From positions 1 to 10,728 of the forward strand of contig CAYVSA010000065.1 of assembly GCA_964454175.1 (NCBI GenBank): 10,728 nt of DNA. Direction: 5' to 3'. The notes beneath the pieces were generated by a model. It saw nothing but the letters and a program-made list of their open reading frames with translations. It ran no database searches and was not told the origin of the DNA. The DNA is from an uncultured Pseudomonadota bacterium (lineage in GTDB: Bacteria; BMS3Abin14). This document shows positions 1 through 6,346 of this stretch, piece after piece (positions within the stretch are counted from its first letter, which is position 1; each line of letters begins with the position of its first letter). The position numbers and the translations under genes are program-made.

Positions 1-55
1 AATTGATTCGGGCGTCCTTTAAAGAACGCGTTGATGACTTTTTACAAAGTCATCA
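1..55. repeat. Right-hand part of an upstream copy of a 159-bp-period structured repeat (cut by window edge)
   Basis: 1-55 is identical to 160-214 (aattgattcgggcgtcctttaaagaacgcgttgatgactttttacaaagtcatca). Confidence 0.9.
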
Positions 56-58
56 GTA

Positions 59-215
59 TTGATAGTGTCGTAAAAAGTCCATGAGTGGCTTTTTACTCCT
101 CGGAAAGCGAAAAGTGTCATTTTCACTTTCCTCTCGAATCAACAACTTGCGCTGCAAGTAATTGATTCGGGCGTCCTTTAAAGAACGCGTTGATGACTTT
201 TTACAAAGTCATCAA
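59..215. mobile_element. Non-coding MITE/REP-like palindromic element, one complete copy
   Basis: Imperfect terminal inverted repeats (59-79 ttgatagtgtcgtaaaaagtc vs 195-215 gactttttacaaagtcatcaa, 16/21 match), five consecutive internal hairpins, tandem copy upstream, no ORF. Mobility is inferred. Confidence 0.6.
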
Positions 216-258
216 CTTTGAAAATTCACATTTTTTTGGTGCATTCTTGTTAGATTTG

Positions 259-287
259 TTGTATTTATTGTGAAATTGATGTAGTAT
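259..287 (+). promoter_or_regulatory. Putative sigma70 promoter of the mla operon
   Basis: TTGTAT (259-264), 17-nt spacer, TAGTAT (282-287) in an AT-rich region upstream of mlaE. Confidence 0.5.
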
Positions 288-339
288 CAACCGTTCCTCA
301 AATGAGCCGGGAGGCCGATCGGTATGGCGGATAATTAAT

Positions 340-1128
340 ATGCTCAAGTACCTTGAAGGAGTTGGCGACTCTGTCCTTCACTACCTGGAGATGTGGGGAA
401 GGATGGGCGTGTTCCTCCTTTACTGCACTGTCTGCATCGTTCTGCCGCCCTACAACATAAAGGCAATAGTAAGACAAATGTACTTTATCGGGGCCAAATC
501 GGTCTTCGTCATCCTGTTTACAGGGACATTCACCGGGATGGTCCTCGGGCTCCAGGGATATTACACTCTTCAAAAGTTCGGTTCAGAAGGCCTGTTGGGT
601 TCGGCGGTGGCTGTAAGCCTTTTAAGAGAACTGGGTCCGGTCCTGACGGCACTCATGGTCATTGGCCGTGCCGGGTCGGCCATGTGCGCCGAGATCGGCA
701 TTATGAGGAACTCCGAGCAGATAGACGCCCTGGAACTCATGGCTATCGACCCGTACAAATTTCTCATGGTTCCGAAGTTCGTGGCAAGTATCCTTTCCAT
801 GCCTCTGTTGACATTCATCTTTAACATGCTCGGGATACTGGGCGGTTTCATAGTCGGGGTGTCCCTGCTCGGTCTGAATAGCGGCACCTACTTCCAGGGA
901 ATGTATTCGGCAGCCGTGTGGGCAGACGTCGAGATGGGCATAATTAAATCCCTCGTCTTCGGCCTCCTCGTGGTATGGATCTGTACAGCCAAAGGATTTT
1001 TCCGGCACCTGGAAAGAGAGGGCGGCTTCGGCGCCGAAGGTGTCAGCAGAACAACCACAAATGCGGTTGTCATGTCCTCCGTAACCATCCTGGTTTGGGA
1101 CTATCTGATCAGCGCAATGATGCTTTAG
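340..1128 (+). CDS. mlaE: MlaE-family MCE ABC transporter permease
   Basis: 262 aa multi-TM protein with typical motifs LLRELGPVLTALMVIGRAGSAMCAEIGIMRNSEQIDALELMAIDP and GAEGVSRTTTNAVV; followed by ATPase and MCE genes. Confidence 0.95.
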   Translation: MLKYLEGVGDSVLHYLEMWGRMGVFLLYCTVCIVLPPYNIKAIVRQMYFIGAKSVFVILFTGTFTGMVLGLQGYYTLQKFGSEGLLGSAVAVSLLRELGPVLTALMVIGRAGSAMCAEIGIMRNSEQIDALELMAIDPYKFLMVPKFVASILSMPLLTFIFNMLGILGGFIVGVSLLGLNSGTYFQGMYSAAVWADVEMGIIKSLVFGLLVVWICTAKGFFRHLEREGGFGAEGVSRTTTNAVVMSSVTILVWDYLISAMML

Positions 1129-1201
1129 AGCCTTAAATGGCAGTTTGCAGCCTGGGAGCTGGCTCTCTTCAGGTGCGGGACATCCAGTGACAAGGGGAAC
1201 G

Positions 1202-2002
1202 ATGGCTGAGGAAGAAAGAAAAAAGGTAATTGAACTCATTGACGTTGATAAAGCCTTCGGTGATCAGGTCATTCTCGAAAAGGTCAACCTGCCTATTTTT
1301 GAGGGTACAACTACCGTGATCGTTGGCCCCAGCGGTACAGGAAAAAGCGTTACGCTAAAGCTGATGATGGGTCTCGCACGGCCTGACAGCGGAAAGGTGA
1401 TGGCCTTCGACCAGGATATAGCCAACATCAGCAAGAGGGAGCTTCGAAAGATCAGGATGAACTTCGGCGTTCTGTTTCAGAATGTTGCGTTATTTGATTC
1501 CCTGAATATTTACGACAATATTGCCCTGCCGCTGCGCGAGAGGACTGAGGCGGGCGAAGAGGAGATACGTCGTAACGTAGAGGAGAAACTTGAGATGATG
1601 GGTATGTCCGGCGCCGGCAGCAAGTACCCTGCCCAGCTTTCAGGAGGAATGCTCAAGAGGGCTGGTTTGGCACGAGCCCTGGTACTGAATCCAAAAGTGG
1701 TGTTCTTTGACGAACCGACCACGGGCCTTGATGCCAACAAGTCTTCCGAGATCTATCGTTTGTTTCACAAAACACAGATGAATCTGAATTACTCCGCAGT
1801 AATAGTGAGCCATGATGTGCCAAAGATATTCAAACTGTCCGATTACGTTGTACTGCTGGCGGAAAAGCAGCTGCAAGGCTGTGTTTCTCCTGAGGAATTT
1901 CAGCTGTCCGAGAATCCTGCCATACGGTTCTACGTTGAGAAAAACATTGGTCCAATTTACTCCAGTGAGAGAGAGGAGGCTGGTTTTTATGAAACGTTTT
2001 AA
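1202..2002 (+). CDS. mlaF: MlaF-family ABC transporter ATP-binding protein
   Basis: Walker A GPSGTGKS, Q-loop LFQNVALFDSL, signature LSGGMLKR, Walker B VVFFDEPTTGLD, H-loop SHD. ATG 1202 follows AAGGGG and is preferred to TTG 1145. Confidence 0.93.
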   Translation: MAEEERKKVIELIDVDKAFGDQVILEKVNLPIFEGTTTVIVGPSGTGKSVTLKLMMGLARPDSGKVMAFDQDIANISKRELRKIRMNFGVLFQNVALFDSLNIYDNIALPLRERTEAGEEEIRRNVEEKLEMMGMSGAGSKYPAQLSGGMLKRAGLARALVLNPKVVFFDEPTTGLDANKSSEIYRLFHKTQMNLNYSAVIVSHDVPKIFKLSDYVVLLAEKQLQGCVSPEEFQLSENPAIRFYVEKNIGPIYSSEREEAGFYETF

Positions 2003-2435
2003 TATCGAGACCGGGGTGGGCATATTCATGCTTATCGGTTTTCTCAGCTTTACCTGGATCTCAATAAAACTGGGCAATATCAATATCTTCGGGAATGATA
2101 ATTATCCCCTCCATGCCAGATTCAACTCCGTTTCGGGGCTGAAAGACGGAGCGAGCATCGAGATCGCCGGAGTCAGTATCGGCACGGTATCTTCCATTAC
2201 ACTCGACTCCGAGGATTTCGAGGCGATTGTGGAGCTTTCGATCAAGAAGGGCATAAAGCTGCAGGAAGACAGTATCGCATCTGTCCGGACGGCCGGGATA
2301 ATCGGCGACAGGTACATAAACATCTCTCCGGGAGGGCTGGATGATTTTATCGAACCCGGAGGGGAGATCGAGGATACCGAGTCGGCCATCAACCTGGAAG
2401 AGCTCGTCAGCAAATACATATTTGAGAGTAAATAA
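1989..2435 (+). CDS. mlaD: MlaD outer-membrane lipid asymmetry protein (single MCE domain)
   Basis: 148 aa; N-terminal TM anchor (ETGVGIFMLIGFLSFTWISI), ARFNSVSGLKDGASIEIAGVSIGTV, SVRTAGIIGDRYINISPGG, TESAINLEELVSKY. SD GAGGAGG upstream; overlaps the mlaF 3' end. Confidence 0.95.
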   Translation: MKRFNIETGVGIFMLIGFLSFTWISIKLGNINIFGNDNYPLHARFNSVSGLKDGASIEIAGVSIGTVSSITLDSEDFEAIVELSIKKGIKLQEDSIASVRTAGIIGDRYINISPGGLDDFIEPGGEIEDTESAINLEELVSKYIFESK

Positions 2436-2436
2436 C

Positions 2437-3237
2437 ATGAGAAACCATTTTATTTTTGTAACTGGTATCGCCCTGATCGTCCTTATGGGTCTCTCACTGG
2501 TTTCTTTACCTGGAACGGGCTTGTGGGCCCATAATCTGGCGATTGCCCAGGCGCAGGATACAGGGCCTGCAGATACAACTGACGATGTTCTCGATGAGTT
2601 CAGCGACTTTGGCGACGATGAAGATACCTCCTCGATATCTGACCCGTTTGAACCCATAAACAGGGGTATGTTCTGGTTTAACGATAAACTTTATTTCTAT
2701 CTCATCAAACCGGTAGCGCGGGTCTACAGGATAGTGCCTCAAAGGGCCAGGACTTCAGTTTCTAATTTCTTCTCAAATATTTTCACCCCCATAAGGTTTG
2801 TAAACTCTCTGCTGCAGTTGAAATTCGAGGACGCAGGGACCGAGCTGGGCAGGCTTCTTATCAACTCGACTATTGGTATCGGCGGGCTGTTCGATCCGGC
2901 AAAAAACTGGTACGGGCTCAAGAAAAAAGATGAAGATTTTGGCCAGACCCTGGGTCGCTACGGAGTTGGGCACGGCTTCTACCTTGTACTCCCGCTTATC
3001 GGACCGACGAGCCTTCGGGACGGCATCGGCCTGGGCCTTGACACCTATTACCTCAACCCGCTCTATCTGGATGACCTCGAAGACAGGGACACCTATACAC
3101 TGGTTGCTCTCGACAAGATAAACTCCCTTTCCCTGGACAAGGACACCTACGAAGCCATCAAGAAGGACTCCCTTGATCCCTACACTTTCATACGGGAATC
3201 CTACTCACAGCACCGGGAGGGAAAGGTCAAAAAATAA
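2437..3237 (+). CDS. mlaA: MlaA/VacJ-family outer-membrane protein (no lipobox Cys)
   Basis: 266 aa; DPFEPINRGMFWFND, INSTIGIGGLFDPA, EDFGQTLGRYGVGHGFYLVLPLIGPTSLRD, SLDPYTFIRESYSQHR. ATG is 1 nt after the mlaD stop. Confidence 0.93.
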   Translation: MRNHFIFVTGIALIVLMGLSLVSLPGTGLWAHNLAIAQAQDTGPADTTDDVLDEFSDFGDDEDTSSISDPFEPINRGMFWFNDKLYFYLIKPVARVYRIVPQRARTSVSNFFSNIFTPIRFVNSLLQLKFEDAGTELGRLLINSTIGIGGLFDPAKNWYGLKKKDEDFGQTLGRYGVGHGFYLVLPLIGPTSLRDGIGLGLDTYYLNPLYLDDLEDRDTYTLVALDKINSLSLDKDTYEAIKKDSLDPYTFIRESYSQHREGKVKK

Positions 3238-3245
3238 GATACGCC

Positions 3246-3274
3246 TTGATTTTGATGGTCAGGTTTGGTAGTTT
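3246..3274 (+). promoter_or_regulatory. Putative internal sigma70 promoter for mlaC and the cNMP gene
   Basis: TTGATT (3246-3251), 17-nt spacer, TAGTTT (3269-3274) with an extended -10 TG at 3266-3267, inside the 189-bp mlaA-mlaC gap. Confidence 0.35.
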
Positions 3275-3426
3275 TATCGTAATAATTGCTTGCTGGGCGT
3301 TTGGAACTGAACTGTTGCAAGCTAAATATTGGACCCTGAACGTTTCTTTGACTTTATAAACCTGGTGATTGAGACCTTCAACCCCTGACTTTCAGCTTTT
3401 TCCGACGAAACAAGGAAGGATTGACC

Positions 3427-4035
3427 ATGAAAAATATCGCCGCAGCTATTTTAGTGATCCTGCTTATGTCTCCCCTGCAGACAGCCGCCAACGCCTCAAC
3501 CCCCACCGATCAACTGAAGGAATCTCTCGATGGCGTAATAAGCATCTTGAGGCAAAGTGACCTTGATCTGGAAACGAAGCGCGTAAAGATCAGTGACATT
3601 TTCCGGGAGAGGTTCGAGTTCCGGATCATGTCCAGAAGGGTGCTTGCCAGGAACTGGAAAAATGCATCTCCGGAAATACAGGAAAGATTCGTCAAGCTCT
3701 TCACAGACCTTCTCGAGGCGACCTATGTCGGACGGATCGAGGAGTATTCCGATGAAAAGATAGACTATATCAAGGAACAGATAAAAGAAAAGCGTGCCGT
3801 CATTGACACAGTAATAGTTTCCAAGACCCTGGAAATACCCATCAACTACAAACTTGCCCTGATCAACGGCAAATGGCTGGTTTACGACGTCGTAATTGAA
3901 GAGGTAAGCCTGGTGAGAAGCTTCAGAAGCAGCTATGCCGAGATCGTCAAAAAGGATGGTTTCGAAACCCTGCTGGTCCGGATGGAAGACAAGATCCAGG
4001 AACTGAAGACCAGCAAGAAAGGTGAAGATAAGTAA
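3427..4035 (+). CDS. mlaC: MlaC/Ttg2D-family periplasmic phospholipid-binding protein
   Basis: 202 aa; signal peptide ending AANA, MSRRVLARNWK, FVKLFTDLLEATY, WLVYDVVIEEVSLVRSFRSSY. SD AAGGA 6 nt before ATG 3427. Confidence 0.92.
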   Translation: MKNIAAAILVILLMSPLQTAANASTPTDQLKESLDGVISILRQSDLDLETKRVKISDIFRERFEFRIMSRRVLARNWKNASPEIQERFVKLFTDLLEATYVGRIEEYSDEKIDYIKEQIKEKRAVIDTVIVSKTLEIPINYKLALINGKWLVYDVVIEEVSLVRSFRSSYAEIVKKDGFETLLVRMEDKIQELKTSKKGEDK

Positions 4036-4039
4036 GACG

Positions 4040-4528
4040 ATGAATGATTACGAATGCACAGGCGACAACTGCACAGCCTTTATGTGCAACCGTGCAAAAA
4101 AACACGGCGCCTCCTTTACATTCCTGGGGGGGAATGAACTGCTCAAAATATCATCGTACATGCACTGCCTGCACCTCGAAAAGGGTGAACTGTTGTGGCG
4201 TGAGGGAGAGAGCTGCGACAAAGTGGTTTTCGTTGTATCTGGGCGCATTAAAGTTAAAAAGGAGACCGAGTTTGAGGGCAAACCCGCTGTTGTCGGCATA
4301 TACGGCAAGGGGGCGATCGCTGGAGAATTGTGTCTTCTGGACAGGGCTCCCAGGGCAGTCTCGGCCGAGGCCATGGACCCTGTCAATTTGCTGACTTTGA
4401 ATCGGATGAATTTCGAAATGCTCCTCGGTCAGGAACCCGAACTTGGTATCCGGCTCCTGAAAGGCATGCTGCTGACTGTATCAACCCGCCTCAAACAGTC
4501 CTTCACGCGTCTCGCAACGTTTTTCTGA
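4040..4528 (+). CDS. Stand-alone cyclic nucleotide-binding (Crp/Fnr effector) domain protein without HTH
   Basis: 162 aa; KGELLWREGE, FVVSGRIKV, phosphate-binding cassette GELCLLDRAPRAVSA, then a C-helix and the stop, with no HTH. ATG is 4 nt after the mlaC stop (GTG 4022 is an alternative). Confidence 0.88.
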   Translation: MNDYECTGDNCTAFMCNRAKKHGASFTFLGGNELLKISSYMHCLHLEKGELLWREGESCDKVVFVVSGRIKVKKETEFEGKPAVVGIYGKGAIAGELCLLDRAPRAVSAEAMDPVNLLTLNRMNFEMLLGQEPELGIRLLKGMLLTVSTRLKQSFTRLATFF

Positions 4529-4543
4529 GTTTCCAGTACGGCC

Positions 4544-4634
4544 AGCCTTCGGCCTAAAGCCCCTTGCCTACAGCTTACAGCCTCCAGCCTAAAGCCCCTT
4601 GCCCATCGCCTCTTGCCCATCACCTATTGCCCCT
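4544..4634. repeat. Degenerate heptamer tandem array (13 x 7 nt, consensus ~WGCCYHH)
   Basis: agccttc ggcctaa agcccct tgcctac agcttac agcctcc agcctaa agcccct tgcccat cgcctct tgcccat cacctat tgcccct. Confidence 0.88.
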
Positions 4635-4650
4635 GACGTTAGAAATTATC

Positions 4651-4659
4651 TGCTAGAAT
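4651..4659 (+). promoter_or_regulatory. Extended -10 promoter element (TGnTAGAAT) directly upstream of the NRDE start codon
   Basis: tgctagaat at 4651-4659, 7 nt before ATG 4667, with no SD between. Confidence 0.55.
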
Positions 4660-4666
4660 ACAGACA

Positions 4667-5452
4667 ATGTGCACTATTGCCCTGGCTTTCAGGTCACATA
4701 AGGATTATCCGCTGATATTCGCCGGGAATCGCGACGAGTTTTACGAACGTCCTACCGCGCAGGCGTCTTACTGGGAGGAAGCCCCATTTCTGCTCGCCGG
4801 CAGGGATCTGGTTCATGGCGGCACCTGGTTCGGTGTAACCATATCAGGCAGGTTTGCCGCTGTGACGAATTATCGGGATCTTTCCGCTCACAGGGATCAC
4901 GCTCTGTCCAAAGGGGTCCTGACTGCCCGGTATCTTCTCGGTGATCAGGACGCGGCCTCTTTTCTTAAGGACACGAACAGATCCAGGGAGGAATATAATC
5001 CCTTCAACCTCCTTGTGGGAGATACCCGAAGTCTCTATTATTACTCCAATCTTACCGGTGAGATCACGATGCTCGAACCCGGTACCTACGGACTTTCCAA
5101 CCACCTGCTGAACACACCATGGCCGAAAGTTGCCAGGATCACAGGGGAGCTTGATGATTATCTCTCAGGAGCTGACAGGCCTGAGCCGGAACTGCTTCAA
5201 AGAATGCTCAGTCACAGGAACAGGTTCAAAAATGATCTGCTTCCGGACACCGGGGTTGGTCCTGAACTGGAGAGCCTGCTCTCCAGTATCTTTATTGCCA
5301 GTCCCGCATATGGAACGCGCTCGAGTACAGTGCTCATAATTGACGGGGGGCTGAAGGCGCGATTCAGCGAAATTTCCTATTCTTCGGCAGAGGACGGGGG
5401 ATCGAAGATCAATTTCGATTTCACTGTGGAGCCTGACGGCCGGTTATCCTGA
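4667..5452 (+). CDS. NRDE/TANGO2 (DUF833) family protein
   Basis: 261 aa; N-terminal MC, GNRDEFYERPT, AGRDLVHGGTWFG, FAAVTNYR, YNPFNLL, YGLSNHLLNTPWPKV, LPDTGVG, YGTRSSTV. Confidence 0.93.
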   Translation: MCTIALAFRSHKDYPLIFAGNRDEFYERPTAQASYWEEAPFLLAGRDLVHGGTWFGVTISGRFAAVTNYRDLSAHRDHALSKGVLTARYLLGDQDAASFLKDTNRSREEYNPFNLLVGDTRSLYYYSNLTGEITMLEPGTYGLSNHLLNTPWPKVARITGELDDYLSGADRPEPELLQRMLSHRNRFKNDLLPDTGVGPELESLLSSIFIASPAYGTRSSTVLIIDGGLKARFSEISYSSAEDGGSKINFDFTVEPDGRLS

Positions 5453-5522
5453 ACTTTCGAATTACCAATATCCGGAAAATGACAGGGCCATCCATGCCTG
5501 ATCAATGTGGTATGAAGTGTTA

Positions 5523-6218
5523 TCAGGGAGAGCCGAGCAGGCCGTCTATGAACGCCCTGATGGTTCTTTGCTGCTCCTCTTCGATGGAAGTGAACTCAAC
5601 ACCGTACCCTGAGGGTCCATCTTTTTCGAGGCGCCCGTACCACCGTACTTTTGCTTTGGTCAGGATCGTTCTTTTGGCCCCTGGAATATTAAACCGGAGC
5701 ACCTGGTCGGCGCCGATCTCCGGCTCGGCCTCGATCGTTATAAAAGCGCCAGTCTGTGACAGGTTGTAGATCCAGGCCGAAGCGTCCCCTTCCTTGTCGG
5801 TGACGCCGCATTCGAGACGAGTCGGTACCCTTCTGAAACACCTCTTCCTTATACCGAGGTGCTCTTCTACAGTTGTTATCAGTACCTCTTTGTTGATCGG
5901 CTTGTAAATAAAACCGTCGCATCCAGCCTCGATACACTTTTCCTTGCTGCCCAATTTGCTGTCCATGGTGACTATGATGATGGGGATGGAGTTTGTAACT
6001 GCGCTGGATTTAAGGGCTCGGCAGACTTCGTCGCCGTTCAGGTCGGGCATGAACATGTCCAGCAGGATCAGGTCAGGCAAGGTGGCTCGGGCCTTTTCCA
6101 GGGCTTCAGCGCCGGATCTGGCCGTGTCAATGGAGAAAGTCTTTCGCTTGAGGATCGTCTTTTCCAGGTGAAGGAAGAGCTCGACATCGTCAACCAGCAG
6201 AAGATTCTTCACTTCCAA
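5523..6218 (-). CDS. Response regulator: receiver domain plus C-terminal PilZ domain
   Basis: REC: LLVDD, LILLDMFMP (phospho-Asp), IIVT, IYKP. PilZ: RxxxR (RCFRR), NxSxxG (NLSQTG), KVRW and GYGVEF. SD GGGAGG 6 nt before TTG 6218. Confidence 0.9.
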   Translation of the reverse strand: MEVKNLLLVDDVELFLHLEKTILKRKTFSIDTARSGAEALEKARATLPDLILLDMFMPDLNGDEVCRALKSSAVTNSIPIIIVTMDSKLGSKEKCIEAGCDGFIYKPINKEVLITTVEEHLGIRKRCFRRVPTRLECGVTDKEGDASAWIYNLSQTGAFITIEAEPEIGADQVLRFNIPGAKRTILTKAKVRWYGRLEKDGPSGYGVEFTSIEEEQQRTIRAFIDGLLGSP

Positions 6219-6279
6219 AGCTTTCCTCCCCGTTTTAATAAAACCCGGCAGAGCCGCCCCGACCTCCTAAAGTATTGTT

Positions 6280-6309
6280 ATTTTGGTCATATTTTACGCT
6301 AAGTGTCAA
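6280..6309 (-). promoter_or_regulatory. Possible sigma70 promoter of the REC-PilZ gene
   Basis: Minus strand TTGACA (6309-6304), 18-nt spacer, CAAAAT (6285-6280). Confidence 0.35.
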
Positions 6310-6346
6310 GGTACGATTTTGTTACAGCTCTCTGTCGAAGCAAGCC

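Noticed and set aside
1..215. CRISPR array
   Set aside because: The identical block is at least 55 nt with a 159-nt period, the intervening sequence is itself palindromic, and no cas genes are present.
1145..1201. TTG-start N-terminal extension of mlaF and a weak intercistronic hairpin
   Set aside because: ATG 1202 has a good SD and gives a normal domain start; the hairpin is bulged and has no U tract.
622..1239. 205-aa antisense ORF and other shadow ORFs (e.g. 2061-2657, 5859-6302, 7444-7947, 9860-10357)
   Set aside because: They lie opposite or within well-supported genes and show no recognisable motifs.
1812..1988. Long N-terminal extension of mlaD in the ORF track (likewise mlaA 2341-2436)
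   Set aside because: It overlaps the upstream gene; downstream ATGs with SD or coupling and proper signal/TM starts exist.
3302..3319. Sigma54 promoter tGGaactgaactgttGCa
   Set aside because: GG-to-GC spacing is 12 nt rather than the required 10.
4040..4528. True Crp/Fnr transcription factor, or a truncated pseudogene of one
   Set aside because: The ORF ends cleanly after the C-helix, and the downstream sequence is a repeat array with no HTH remnant.
340..4528. Horizontal acquisition of the mla cluster, which looks lower in GC than mtaB
   Set aside because: Only an impression from spot counts; no integrase, tRNA or att site, and no genome baseline to test against.
4429..4623. 64-aa minus-strand ORF
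   Set aside because: It is the reading of the heptamer array plus antisense of the cNMP gene; no evidence of coding.
5453..5522. Bidirectional terminator between the convergent NRDE and REC-PilZ genes
   Set aside because: No convincing stem with U tracts is visible.
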